Below, in pieces: positions 1-12,699 of a stretch of DNA of 64,000 bases; position 1 is the first letter of the stretch; each line of letters starts with the position of its first letter. The notes beneath the pieces are model-generated. The model did no database searches and was not told the DNA's origin. It saw nothing but the letters and a program-made list of their open reading frames with translations. Location of the stretch: assembly GCF_011386835.1 (NCBI RefSeq), contig NC_088796.1, positions 7,378,001 through 7,442,000 on the forward strand. Reading direction: 5' to 3'. Source of the DNA: Chrysemys picta bellii (Eukaryota). The translations under genes were made by a program, and so were the position numbers.

Positions 1-94
1 AAACAATCTCCCTACTCTCAGTTCAAGTGCTCAGACCTGGACCCTGCACCAGCCCAGAGTGGCAATTTCAAGAGAAGTAAAGCTCAACTCCGGG

Positions 95-470
95 CTAGAG
101 CATGCTCAGTGTGGACAGAATCTTCAGGGAATTTAGCTGCTAAAATCTAAGAAGTCTCTACTGAGTGTGTGCGACTATGATGTTTCCGAGGCTCGTAACT
201 TGGCCAAATTTGGGCAGGTTTGCAGGCGGACAGCAAAAGACACATCCCTGGCCAAAAGGGCACTCTCCTGCCAAATTTTAAGCCCCTTCTCCAAAACATG
301 GGAGCACCAAAGCTTTCAAAAAGAGATCTCCATAATGTTTTAACATGGGCAAAACCATGTATTTATGCCTTGCCGCAGAAACAGCAGAACCATTTTGGCT
401 GACGAGTCCTCAAAATATTTCAGCCTGCAGCAGAAAATTTCAGCCTGAATTGTTTACGTTGGGCAACGGT
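95..470. repeat. Unclassified interspersed repeat remnant
   Basis: Resembles an abundant turtle repeat from memory (GAGGCT..TAACTTGGCCAAATTTGGGCAG..CACATCCCTG..CCAAATTT.AAG); no termini or TSD identified. Confidence 0.3.
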
Positions 471-1179
471 ATAAACAACTGTATGCATGGTCTTATAATG
501 GGAAGTGTTGGGCAACCTTAATAATAGGCTATTCCTATAATGTTGTCCTGGGAACATTTCCCCCAGACTCCTGAGGAAGACTTCATAGCAACCAAAGAAA
601 CTCCCCTCCAGAAATCCATTCAAGGTTTTTCAATGAGTCCAGTGTGTTTTGGAACAGGTCTATGGGAGTTTAGTTAATGTTTTGTGAATGCTCAGGCAAG
701 CCAGACATGATCAATAAAGCTCCTAGTTATATACCTCACTACTGAGTCTGCTAAGGAGCTCTGGGTATCCTGGGACACAACAGTACAAACTGCTAGACTC
801 GGTCTTGTGAGCCCTGAAAATCATAAAGATCATTATTTCAACTGTGTGTGTTCTCAGGAGAGAAACATAGAGAAGATTGCATCAGTATATTCTATTTTTC
901 TTTGAATATGGAAATAAAGCAACAATGTTTTTGTTAGGTTAAATATCAATGGTAAATCCTCAGTGGGGGTAAGTCAGTGATATCTCATTGGCCTAAGTTG
1001 AGTTATCCTGATTTTTGAGATTCTGGCCCAATATATTTTTAGAAAACGTAAATAGTTTCCCTATGTTAACTAATACAATCTGAGATAAAGAGAACATAAA
1101 GACTTTGGAAAACAAGTCCCATTTTTAAAAAAACAACAAGGAGTCTGGTGGCACCTTAAAGACTAACAGATTTATTTGG

Positions 1180-1220
1180 GCATAAGCTTTCGTGAATAAA
1201 AACCTCACTTCTTCGGATGC
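1180..1220 (-). ncRNA. Minimal hammerhead ribozyme motif, antisense copy in the inverted arm
   Basis: Reverse complement reads GCAT-CCGAAGA-A-GTGAG-gttttta-TTCAC-GAAA-GC-TT-ATGC. The single arm mismatch turns a stem II G-C pair into G.U. Confidence 0.65.
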
Positions 1221-1241
1221 ATAGAGAAGTGAGGTCTCTAT

Positions 1242-1282
1242 GCATCCGAAGAAGTGAGGTTTTTACTCACGAAAGCTTATGC
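1242..1282 (+). ncRNA. Minimal type-I hammerhead ribozyme motif (C4 variant core CCGAAGA)
   Basis: GCAT-CCGAAGA-A-GTGAG-gttttta-CTCAC-GAAA-GC-TT-ATGC: stem I GCAU/AUGC, perfect 5-bp stem II, AGCU stem III. Confidence 0.7.
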
Positions 1283-1689
1283 CCAAATAAATCTGTTAGT
1301 CTTTAAGGTGCCACCAGACTCCTTGTTGTTTTTGTAGATACAGACTAACACGGCTACCCCCTGATACTTAAGTCCCATTTTTGTTGTTTGTTTACTTTAT
1401 CTAAATCTGACAATTCAATGAGTGAGTTTCACTTTTTCTTGGTAGTTTTTTTTCTCTTTCTGGTTCTCATGCACTAGCCTCATGTTGTGAAATCTGCTAG
1501 TGTAACCCATTGGTCAGTGTGTGTTATTCATGCCCTTGAGTGCAAAGAGCATGTGAGTATGTCACAGAGGTTGGTATCAGTGGATGCTTCTTTAGTTTGA
1601 GTGGTAGCAGCTGGTGTTTTAGATCTAGAGGAGCCTGGTTCTACCCCTGAAATCATCCAAGGTGGTGGTCATCACACCAGCTTTATGGG

Positions 1690-2403
1690 TGTGATGGGGT
1701 GTACACTCCCTGGGCAGGAAGGAGTTAATGAGAGGCTGTGTGTTCAGTTAGCCTTGCCCTGCTTCAATTGTGAGATGTCTGGAGCCTGGAGAGAGGGGCT
1801 GAAAGGGAAAAGTTCAGCTCAGTCTTGGGCTGACTGGGAGGGAGAGAATCTCTTGTACTATCCCTTTGAAAGAAGTCCTGGCAGAGGCCAGAAGAGAACC
1901 AGATACTTCTAGATGCCAGACCCTCCCTAGTGGCAGGTAGATCTGGAACAGGACTTTTATAGGTACTTTGTTCCCTAGGACTATGGTGCTTTTCCTTTTG
2001 GGATCCGCAGAAGAGTGAGCCTGGGAAGAGGCTGGTGGAAAGGCCCAGAGACAGGCCAGGGTAGGAAGTATCCCAGGGAGGAAGTGGTAGGTCCGAGTTG
2101 ACAGACCTTAGCTGTTTATTACAGGAACCAGAGCAAAGGGAAGGCCCAGCGATGACAAGAATTGCAAAGTACTAGTAAGTCTGAAGTTGGGCTGAAGACC
2201 TGGTGTGAAGCCACTGGACTATAGCTGTACACAACTTGGCCTACCCCAGAAGGGATGGGACTGCAAGTGACCTGAGTGGAGGGCCAGGACATGAGAAGGA
2301 GTAGCCCGAAGCAACTGTTGGCAGGGAAGGTGCTTAAAGAGGAGACCCTGCTACACCAAACCATCCCATGAAGGGGTGCACCAGCTGGTGAGTCACTATC
2401 ACA
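1690..2403. mobile_element. Solo LTR (Gypsy/ERV-like)
   Basis: TGTGAT...ATCACA terminal inverted repeat; flanks ATGGG/TTGGG (4/5 TSD); 714 bp. Confidence 0.65.
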
Positions 2404-3344
2404 TTGGGTCCTCTCGAGGAGACGTTCTTTACATATGGGCAAGTAGGATGCTGAATGTTATCAAGAAAGTCTTCACTCCAACCTAATGTAGGCAGCTGAA
2501 CCACAACGTTTTGTGTGGAGGGGTGAGAGGCAGATATTCACTGGTAGGTTTGGTTACCTGTTCTTACCCAGGTTATCTAGGGAAGAAAAGGGAAAAGAAT
2601 TGTCTGGAAGTAGGAGATATTGGGCCATACTCAGAGATGATGTGTAAAATAGAACAAATTGGGATAGACCTAGCAACACCCAGCACTGGGCATGCCAGGG
2701 GGTGGAGGGAGGGCATCAAGCTGCTAGTTACAGTTCCCTGATTCTCTGACCAATAGCTGCTGTAGGCATAGGTTAGAGCATCCCCTAAACCACTTTAATT
2801 TGTGCCAGCTGACAACACTCTCAATGCATCAGCTAAGGATAGCCCAACTTGAGTCCACCACAGCCCATGTGCCAAGGACAGATGGGAGAAGGAATAGGAG
2901 CTGGCTCTGCTGGCTTTGTGCCTGGTGGGGAGTCTGTCTGCAAGGAGTAGCCCCAGGAAGTGAGTTGCAGCCTGTCTCTCTTCTCCCTTTACACTGCCTG
3001 CGCGGCACAGAAGGAATGGAGAGGGGCAAAGCATCTGCCCCAAAGTTGGTATAGCCTACATACTGAGGAAGCTGGAATGAGGTTTAAGTCTTCCTTAGTT
3101 TCACCTTCAAACTTAGTCCATTGACCCTTCTTTTCATTTCAAAAAATGGATTAATTTCCTACACAGTACTTTGCTTTCAACACTACTGTTGTTGGGGTCA
3201 TCTAAAGAATACATGGAGAATTAACAACTGCTTTTCCCCATACATGAATGTGAATCCTTCCCGCTCTGTCAGATGTCACTCAGGGCATGAGCAAGGCTCC
3301 GCTATGCCTGGCTTTCATGCTGTTTGTGTCAATGACTGAGTCGT

Positions 3345-3800
3345 GGGTAGTCTGGCATAATGGTTGGAGCAAAAGTCTGGCCTACCAGTTAGAGATGACT
3401 CCAGACAGGACAGTCCAGGAGCAAAGTCAAGCGTCATAGCCAGAGGCAGAAACCAAAGCCCAAACTGAAGTGTTAACCGGAGTTGTAGTCAGAAGGCAGA
3501 GCTGAGGGTCTAAGCCAGGACTCAGAAGTGAGGAAGAAGATGGGGGCTGGAACAAGGCTAGAGACCACAGAGGCTAGGATAGGACCAAGTGTGGCTACAG
3601 GCTAGGAATACATTAAGCAACTACTGGATAGTGCAGCTGCTGACTTTAAGAAGCAGCCTGATGACTTCTGCAGCCAATCAGGTAGCGAAGTCAATCAGGC
3701 AGCTTCTATCAAGGCCAACTGCGCTCATTAGGTTGCCAGGAGATTGGCTCTGCTGAAGGCTGGCCCATGGTTGTTTGCCAGAATGGCTACCTTGTTGTGT
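3345..3800. repeat. Possible LTR remnant
   Basis: Purine-rich, LTR-like composition with repeated CCAATCAG/ATTGG boxes; termini not resolved. Confidence 0.3.
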
Positions 3801-4169
3801 CTCTATGACCTAATGTTTTATGATGATAGGTTGCTAGCCTATCACATTCAATCCCCAGCCTCGAGGGCCAGTGGGCTGCTTTTCATCTGCATCCTACCCT
3901 TTGACCTATCTGGCTTTGACAGCCCTACCAGGAATAGATGGTTAGGGTCATTTGAACACACAAACCTTCCCATTGGGTCAAGGAGCAGTCCTCAGGGAAG
4001 GGTTATCCCATATGGACCATTTTATTTAGGCACAACACCATGAATGACTTCCTGAAGCAAATGGGGGTTTCCAGAAATTATGACTGCACTATAGAGCATT
4101 TCACCCTTAGATGGCTGGTTCAAATCCAGCCTAGGCAATGCTGTAGTTATTTGCACTGTGTTCATTATG

Positions 4170-4715
4170 CAAATAGAAAGCTTTGAAAAAAGATTTTTCA
4201 TTTGAAGAAAACCAGATTTTAGCCAGAACTATATTTTTTGTTATCAAAAAGGTCATCAAAGTCTTTTGGCACAGAAAATCAGTTTTTCGAACAAAAAAGA
4301 TTATTTTTCTGCCAAAAGTTGATTTTTTTTTCCTTTCAACAGTATTATTTCTCATTGGAAAAGCGTTTTTAACAAAAATAACTATATTTTTTAATAATAA
4401 GTCTCATCAAAAATGTGACTGAATCATTTTCTCCTAAAAATTGATTTTCCAAGTAAATGTCTTTTTTTTTTAAATACTTTTTCTTTGGAAAAACACCAAA
4501 AATATCTATTTTTCATTGAATACATCCAAAAAATTGTTTGACAAATGCTTCCCTTTTTTAATCAGGAGTTTTTAGCGTAAAATTCTTTCTGCAACTAAAA
4601 ATTGTTTAAAAAAGGATTTTTCATTGGACGGAACCAAATCAAATTTTCAGCCCAAAATCCTTGGCTGAAAGGAAAATATAAATAAAAAGTTGCCAAGAAC
4701 AATTTTTCATCAAAC
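4170..4715. repeat. AT-rich degenerate DNA-transposon-like repeat (poly-A/T run family)
   Basis: Dense AAAA/TTTT runs with the same texture as the TIR-bounded copies at 40.5k, 46.4k and 46.9k; termini not seen here. Confidence 0.4.
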
Positions 4716-4736
4716 TATTCATCAAAGACGTTGCCG

Positions 4737-4795
4737 CACCCACCTTGTGTCTGTAATATCCTGGGACCAACATGGCTACAACAATATGGATACAA
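4737..4795 (+). mobile_element. Penelope-like family 2 3'-terminal fragment
   Basis: CACCCACCTTGTGTCTGTAATATCCTGGGACCAACATGGCTACAACAA matches the 3' ends at 13.2k and 56.65-56.71k. Confidence 0.7.
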
Positions 4796-4838
4796 TAATC
4801 TGGAATAAATACTGAGTTCCTTTACTGATGTTCTATTG

Positions 4839-5170
4839 CACTGTTTCTCAAACTGGGGTCGTCGCTTGTGTAGGGAAAGCCCCTGGCGGGCCGGGCCGGT
4901 TTGTTTACCTGCCCCGTCCGCAGGTCCGGCCGATCGCGGCTCCCACTGGCCGCGGTTCGCTGCTCTGGGCCAATGGGAGCTGCTGGAAGTGGCGCGGGCC
5001 AAGGGACATACTGGCCGCCGCTTCCAGCAGCCCCCATTGCCCTGCAGCGGCAAACCATGGCCAGTGAGAGCCGTGATCGGCCGGACCTGCAGATGGGGCA
5101 GGTAAACAAACTAGCCCGGCCCGCCGGGGCTTTCCCTACACAAGCGGCAACCCCAGTTTGAGAAACACTG
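4839..5170. mobile_element. hAT-type MITE, almost fully palindromic
   Basis: 20-bp TIR CA(C/G)TGTTTCTCAAACTGGGG; perfect 8-bp TSD TTCTATTG (4831-4838, 5171-5178); imperfect inverted arms of about 150 bp; CpG-rich. Confidence 0.92.
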
Positions 5171-5878
5171 TTCTATTGAATATACCTAGTGCATTTCAAA
5201 TGTGCCTTTTTTACCTATGAAGATATAAGGGATACCATTCCTTTGAAGTCATAGGTGTGCAGCTGGCTGGCTGATTGATTGATTAGCTCCACCCACTGCA
5301 CCTGAGAAAAGAGTTGGACCTGCATTAGCTGATTCTTATAAAATAGAGTAGCAGGAAATTGCAGGGGAAGGGAGGGACACACTCTAATTACAACAACTTC
5401 CAGAAAGCTGAAGGGGCCTAGGGCCATGCTCCTATTGGATTGCTACTATAAGCTACAGCAGAGAGGAATTACACCAGAAACCAAGTGGACAGAAGGGAGA
5501 TTGTATGAAGACCTTTATTACTGCGGCTCTGAGGTAAGAGCCAGGACATTTGGGGTTTCTGAATTTACTGCTGTGAAGACAGATTTGGAGAAGAGATTAC
5601 TTGGCTTGCACAGACTTTTGAGGGAAAAGTCTGAGGTTTTGATTAGTTTTGTTAAGAAGGCTTAAAATAAAACATCTAACCCTGCTGGAAACAGCTTCCC
5701 TGGATTCTGTGAGGGAGCTCTGAGAGAATTATCCCAGGAAGCGAGCTGGCTCGGCAAGAGTAAAACCTGGTCTGTTAGGAGGGGGTGCTCTAAGATAAGC
5801 CCCAATCCTTTACTTAGATCCAGACTTGTGTTCATTTTACCTATTACATTCCTGTCTTCACTAATTCCAATAGATAAA

Positions 5879-8415
5879 CACAGAATCACATAAATGTAGG
5901 CCAAGAAGGAAATTTGACAGATCATCTACTCCAGTCCCCTGCACTCATGGCAGAAGTAAGTAGTATCTAGACCATCCCTGGCAGGTGTTTCTCTAACCTG
6001 CTCTTTAAAATCTCCAATGATGGAGATTCCACAACCTCCCGAGGCAATTTATTCCAGTGCTTAACCACCTTGACAGTTAGGAAGTTTTTCCTAATGTCCA
6101 ACCTAAAACCTCCCTTGCTGCAATTTAAGCCCATTTCTTCTTGTCCTATCCTCAGAGGTTAATGAGAACAATTTTTTCCCTACTCCTTGTACCTTTTATG
6201 TACTTGAAAATTGTTATCATGTCCCTCCTCAATCTTCTCATCTCCAGACTAAACAAACTCAATTTTTTCAATCTTCCCTCACAGGTCATATTTTCAAGAC
6301 CTCTAATAATTTTTGTTGCTCTCTCTGACTTTCTTCAATTGGTCCACATCTTTCCTGAAATGTGGTGCCCGGAACTGGACACAATACTCCAGTTGAGGCC
6401 TAATCAGTGGCTAGTGGAGCAAAAGAATTACTTTTCCTGTCTTCCTTATAATACTCCTGCTAATACATCCCAGAATTATGTTTGCTTTTTTTGAAACAGT
6501 GTTACAAGTGTTGACTCGTATTTAGCTTGTGAGCCACTGTGACCCCCAGATCTCTTTCTGCAGTATTCCTAGACTGTCATTTCCCATTTTATATGCGTGC
6601 AACTGATTGTTCCTTCCTCAGTGGAGTACTTTGCATTTGTCCTTATTGAATTTCATCTTATTTTCTTCAGACCATTTCTTCAGTTTGTCCAGATCATTTT
6701 GATTTTAATCCTATCCTCCAAAGCACTTGCAATCCTTCCCATCTTGGTATTGACCAAAGACTTTATAATTGTACTCTCTATGTCATTATCTAAATTATTG
6801 ATGAAGATATTGAACAGAACCGGCCAAAGAACTGATCCCTGTGGGACCCCACTGGATACGTCCTCCAGCTTCACTGTGAACCACTAATAACTACTCTCTG
6901 GGAACGTTTTTGAAAAGAGTTATGCACCCACCTTATAGTAGCTCCATCTAGGTTGTATTTACCTAGTTTGTTTATGAGAAGGTCATCCAGCCAGTATCAA
7001 AAGCCTTACTAAAGCCAAGATGTATCACATCTACCACTTCTCCCCCATCCACAAGGCTTGTTACCCTGTCAAAGAAAGCTATTAGGTTGTTTTGACACAA
7101 TTTCATCTTGACAAATCCATGCTGACTATTAATTATCGCCTTATTATCTTGAAGCTATTTGCAAATTCATTGCTTAATTATTTGCTCCATAATCTTTCCG
7201 GATACTGAAGTTAAGATGACTGGTCTATAATTCCCTGGGTTGTCCTTATATCTCTTTTTATTGATGGACACTATATTTGCCCTTTTTGAGTCCTCTGGAA
7301 TCTCTTCCATCTTCCATGACTCTTTGAAAATAATCACTAATGGCTCAGATATCTTCTCAGTCAGCTCCTTGGTATTCTAGGATGTATTTCATCAGGCCCT
7401 GGTGACTTGAAGACATCTAACTTGTCTAAATAATTTTTAACTCGTTCTCTCCCTATTTTAGCCGCTGATCCTACATCATTTTTTACTGGAATTCACGATG
7501 TTAAATGTGAAATCACTACTAACCTTTTTGGTGAAAACAGAAACAAAAAAGGCATTTAAAAAACTTCTGCCATTTCCACATTTTCTGTTATTGTCCCATC
7601 CCCCCCATTGAGTAACAGGCCTACTCTGTCCTTGGACTTCCTCTTGTTTCTAACATATTTGTAGAATGTTTTCTTGTTACCTTTTATGTCTCTAGTTTAG
7701 TCTCTTTCTTTTTTATTCCTTGGCCTTTCTAATTTTGTCCCCACATATTTGTGTTATTTGTGTATATTCATTCTTTGTAGTTTGACCTAGTTTTCACTTT
7801 GTGTAGGACTCTTTTTTTTTGAGTTTGAGGTCATTGAAGATCTCCTGGGTAAGCCAGAGTCATCTGTTGCCATACTTCCTATCTTTCCTATGCAGTGGGG
7901 TAGTTTGCTATTGTGCCCTTAATAATGTCTCTTTGAAAAACTGCCAGCTCTCTTGAACTGTTCTTCCCTTTAGACTTGCTTCCCATGGGATCTTACCTAC
8001 CAACTCCATGAGTTTGCTAAAGTCTGCCTTCTGGAAATCCATTATCTTTATTGTTCTGTTTTCCCTCCTACCATTCCTTAGAATCATGAACTCTACCATT
8101 TAATCATCACTTTCACCTAAGCTGCCTTCCACTTTCAGTTCCTCCTTATTTGTCAAAATCAAATTAAGAACAGCCTCTCCCCTAGTAGCTTTCTCCACCT
8201 TCTGAAACAATAATAAAACAAATTCCAATACATTCCAAGAATTTGTTGGATAATCTGACCTGCTGAATTATTTTCCCAACTGATGTCTGGGTAGTTGAAG
8301 TCCCCCATCACCACTAGGTCCTGTGCTTTGAATGATTTTGTTAGTTGTTTAAAAAAAGGCTCATCCACCTCTTTTTCCTGTTTAGGTGGTCTGAAATAGA
8401 CCCCTACCATGACAT
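5879..8415 (-). mobile_element. CR1 LINE, 5'-truncated (ORF2 endonuclease C-terminus + RT + 3'UTR), pseudogenised
   Basis: Minus-strand ORF fragments: GVYFRPPKQEKEVDEPFFKQL and VVMGDFNYPDISW (APE domain), SSGVPQGSVLWPVLFNIFINNLD (RT); CR1-type 3' end near 5880. Confidence 0.93.
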
Positions 8416-8995
8416 CATAATAAAAAAGCTTTAATCAAAAAGAATATCCCTATAGGTCTTTTGTATCTGTAATTTCTGCATTATCTAGGATCCAGGTATG
8501 TAGCATTAAGAGGAGGTCTCCGCTATACAGCCTCCAAAATGCTGTTCTTTTTTTTTTCACCATGGTGTTCAAAGGAGCTGTAAAGATGCACACCTGTTGC
8601 CAGTGTTACTGGGAAAGCTTTGGATGTGAAGGATCTTAGCGTGGATGTGGATAGGTTATCCATTACCTAAATAAGTGCCAGGTGTTACAATATAGACTGA
8701 ACAAACCTATCCAGTATGTGATAAAGTTGATGTGATTAAAGGCAGCAATGACTTTGTTGTTTCTTTGTGTTAAAAGCAACTTGTCTGAGGTGGGAACTTC
8801 TTATATCATTTTAAGGACCTTTCAGAGAGTATTTCCAAAGTGTACCTTCCCCCGCCTGAGTGCTAGATTTTTTTTTTCTTCTATGTTTAGATCCCTTGAA
8901 TAGGAAGAACAAAAGCCCCGTGTGGGCCAACTTGAAAGAGATGTTTTCTCACCTTCACACACTATGCACTGGGGAGAATGGGAAATGCACATCTC

Positions 8996-9016
8996 TGTGT
9001 GTGTGTGTGTGTGTGT
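8996..9016. repeat. (TG)10 microsatellite
   Basis: Direct read. Confidence 0.95.
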
Positions 9017-9895
9017 ATTTGTTTGAAAGCTTTGTGAAAGGATTTCCAAGGAGATATTTATTTCCTTTATTTGCCTCTTGTTTATTCACGAATCAGGAAG
9101 CTGAAAGTATTTGGCTTGATCAAAGCAGTTTTGAAGTGGCCTGTTAAAGCTAGCACAAATTCAAGGCACTTGTGGGGGTCTGGGGGGGGGGGGGGGGGAA
9201 CAACAGGCACATACACTATGCTCAGGAAACATCACCTTTAAAAAGAGCACTGGAGTTCAGCAGCCTCTGTGAAATGAACGGAGGGTCTGAGCTTTCCTTT
9301 CCTGTGGGCAGTTGCCCAAGGTGTGAAAAAACACCATCTCACCAGGCATTCCGGCAACCAGTCCCAGCAGAGGGGGGAAGGGTGCAAAGGAACTGAAGGA
9401 TCTGATTCCCCTCTGGCATGCACCAGTGTGAATAAGGTCAGGGGAAGGTGATGGAGTTACACAATGCTGGAGTTCTAAAACAGGAAGTGACAGAATGCAG
9501 GGCATTGGGAGGTCCTGGGGGGAGTGGGGAGAGCTGGGGGGAAGATAAAAAAAATGGGGAAAGCCTCAGGGAGCAGGGGATGAATCTGCAGAACCTGTCC
9601 CGTCCCCACCTCCCCACTACTTGTGCCCTTGCTCCTGTTCCCCACAAGACTCTTCACTGTCCAGGCATCCCCACTACCTGACTCCCTTTACTGCCTGGTT
9701 CTGGGCTCTGCACTTCCCCACCCAGTCTTGGCTGAAGCATCCCTGGCGATCTCTCTCTGCTGACCTGCCACCGAGCCCCGCCCAGCTCTGGCACCAGCAC
9801 CTGCCAGCGGGGAGGATGCTCTGCAGACGGAAGGGAAAGGAGCTGCCTGGCCCAGGAGTGGCAGAAGTACCAGAACGCTGTTCCGTCTCCTAAAG

Positions 9896-10183
9896 CAGCG
9901 GTTGTCAAACTATGGGTTGGGACCCCATTTTAATGGGGTCGCCAGTGCTGATTTAGACTTGCTTGGGGGTGGGGATGAGATTACAGGTCCCCTGGCTTGG
10001 GCTGAAGCCCTTGGGCTTCAGCTTGGACCCCTTCCCTTCCCAAGACAGTGGGGGTCAGGCTTTGGCTCTGCCAAAGGGGGAAGTGGGAATCAGGCAGGCT
10101 CAGGCTTCAACCCCTGCAGGGGTCATTTAGTAATTTTTGTTGTCAGAAGGGGGTCGCGATGCTATGAAGTTTGAGAACCTCTG
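9896..10183. mobile_element. hAT-type MITE
   Basis: Ends CAGCGGTTGTCAAACT / AGTTTGAGAACCTCTG; TSD TCCTAAAG/TCCTAAAA (7/8). Confidence 0.85.
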
Positions 10184-10417
10184 TCCTAAAATGAAGTGCA
10201 GGAACAATATTCCGGAGCATTCTGGCATGACTCGAGCACTGGAATGACGTGTGTTGAGGAGGGGAAATGGTGAGACCTCAAAATTAGAATCCATGATGAC
10301 TGGATGATACCCTCACTCATGGAGGACTTGTTCAACCACAAGTCACTGTACATGGTGCATGGATTACTGGGTTAAATTCCACTGCCTGTGCTATGCAAGG
10401 AGAACCAACTAGATTTA

Positions 10418-10713
10418 CAGTGTTGCCAATTCTCACGGTTTTATCATGATATTGGGTGTTTTTTTTTTTTTTAACTCCAGCTGCTGGAGGCACGTGATTA
10501 GCAGAGACTCTCAGTTTCATTAAGAAAAAAGGAACATTTCTAGCCCTTGTGGTTGCAGAGAAAATCTTGAGAATGTGACACCAAAAGGCTCTAAAACCAG
10601 AAGGGAAATGAAAAGAACATGACACATACTTTTAAATCACATGATTTTTAAGTTGATCTCATGATTTTGGGGGAACTGACATGAATTTTGAATGTCTGGA
10701 GCTGGCAATACTG
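10418..10713. mobile_element. hAT-like non-autonomous element
   Basis: TIR CAGTGTTGCCA / TGGCAATACTG; flanks TAGATTTA/TAGATGAT (partial TSD). Confidence 0.65.
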
Positions 10714-11717
10714 TAGATGATCACAGTGGTGCCTTTTTGCTTTAAAATCTATGCCCATATAGTTCGTCCTTCTAGGTCAGGATTGAAGAATATTGTGGGT
10801 GGCAGTGGTGGAAATATGTGAGGGAAATTTGTCCTACTCATGCTGGATCTGCTCTGTGGAGAGATTGAGGATATCAGACTCCATGCTGTCCTTCCAATAC
10901 CTTTTTACCAGAGCTAAATTAACTTTGAAAAAGGAGTGAAAAAAAAAAATTAAATTAGGGGGAAAAAAAGCTCAGACTCCTGCCTTCCTAAATCTGATTA
11001 ACTTTGCTTTGTAATTAAATTGCAGAGAAGTGGCCTAAACACAGTTAACTAGGCATTTATTTTAGGTTTAATAGGTTAATTATTATATGATTGATAAACT
11101 CGGAGAGCCAGATTCTGGCTTCTCCACGGAAGGGGTGGTTATTGCAATGCCTATCCTGGAAAAGCTGGTGCAACTATGCAAGGTGAACATCACTTAAAGT
11201 GTGGGGTTGGCTATTTCTCACCCTGCTAGAACTCTTCATATTTAATCAGTGGAATCTCATGGGAGCCTCGTGTTAAAATTCTGTCCCCAAACTGAAGAGA
11301 AAGTTGGGGGATCATTTGCCTACAGTGGGGACACCCCACCCCAAAGATCTCTTCCAGGTCACCCCATGTTACCCCCATTCAATCGCAAGGTGAACGTGCT
11401 GCTGTCCTAGTATCCAGAGACTCAGTGGCATTGGATTGTCCATTGAATAGGTGCATGGGGGATGAGCAAAGATACTTTGTTTCCCCCCATCCTTTGTGAT
11501 CTCAGTGCAAGGACTAGGGAGAATGTAAGTCCCTTAACTCAGGGTAGCACTGAGACTGTGTCCTTCCATGGGTCCTGGGATACAATCCGCTGCCAGGGGC
11601 TGAAAAGGAGGTGGGGCCATGGCCACACATGTACGAGCCCATGGAGCTGGTCAGACTTAGAAAGAAGGGAAGACTGCACTGTCTCTAAACAGCAGGGAGG
11701 GATTGTGCTTTTGAGGC

Positions 11718-12699
11718 TGTGATGCTTCTCGGAGTATCCAGAACTGTGAGTCACCTTGTTTCCCACTGCCTCCAGCTAGAGGAAGAACTGTTTGTGCTTA
11801 ACCACCACCAGCAGTCTGTTAGCCACCTAAACAATCCTCTCAGGGCAATGCTAACCCTCTCTATCCTTTGCAGGTAAACAATAGGTGCACCCCAGTCCCT
11901 TTGGAAGCCTTCCCCTGTGATATCCAGCCCCTGTCACTGGATACCGACAGAAATAGCAGGTTTGCTATCCCCAATGGGACAGCGCACACACTACCTTGAT
12001 TCAGCTAAGGATCAGATCCTATATAACATCACAGCACTGAGATATATTTATAGTGAAATCAATCCTCAATGTATTATCAAAGATTAAGATTTACAAGATA
12101 GTGAGTAAGGATAATGATGGAAATAGCAAAGTTGCATATAAAACAAAATCATAACTCGCTTTCTAGAAATTAACTGTAACAGGCTCCCCTCCTGTCTGAA
12201 GAAGTCTTATTGCACCCAGAGTCTTCTTGCAGCATTTCTGACCCAGGTTGGTTGGGATCCTATTTTCATAAATGTAGTCGTACTGCTCAATTACTTCCTC
12301 AAGCGCAGGATAAAAAGGGCGTCCTTTTGCCTTTTCCACATATACCACAAACTCTTTGTTTGTCCCCAGTGGTTTATTCCCTGGGGTGCTGATTTTATGT
12401 GGACTTCACATCCTCAGATTGACTTTATATGTAAATGGGACTTCTGTTGTGTTGGCAGACAGTGCATAATTTACATGTGAATCTAGGCAGACAGGTGAAT
12501 AGCAACAAAATGCTTGCACCAAAACAAGACACTTGGCTCCACATGCGTCTCCCCCTGGGAAGTGGATGAGAGGACAAACAACATGAGACAGATGTGAGTC
12601 ATGTTGTTTAATGCATTACTGGAAGGGTCTACAATGCTATGGTCATGAGCATAGTATAAGTGACATAGGCATTACGAGTGCACTGTACCAGTGATCACA
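11718..12699 (-). mobile_element. Solo LTR
   Basis: TGTGAT...ATCACA termini, flanks AGGC/AGGA, 982 bp, LTR-like composition; orientation tentative. Confidence 0.6.

Larger units (their letters stand above)
1127..1369 (+). mobile_element. Penelope-like element terminal-repeat insertion (family 1) with 99-bp inverted 5' segment
   Basis: Arms 1129-1227 and 1235-1333 are reverse complements with 1 mismatch. 3' end ...CAGACTAACACGGCTACCCCCTGATACT is shared with copies at 22.9k, 43.7k and 58.6k. 13-bp TSD AAGTCCCATTTTT at 1114-1126 and 1370-1382. Confidence 0.85.

Noticed and set aside
1129-1333. Palindromes as assembly artefacts or CRISPR-like repeats
   Set aside because: Flanked by 12-13-bp TSDs, recurring with different breakpoints and with no repeat-spacer array; eukaryotic context.
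4822-5161. Multiple overlapping ORFs on both strands
   Set aside because: Arise from the GC-rich, stop-poor palindromic MITE.
10990-11110. TAAT/ATTA-rich possible enhancer
   Set aside because: Cannot be distinguished from AT-rich background without conservation data.
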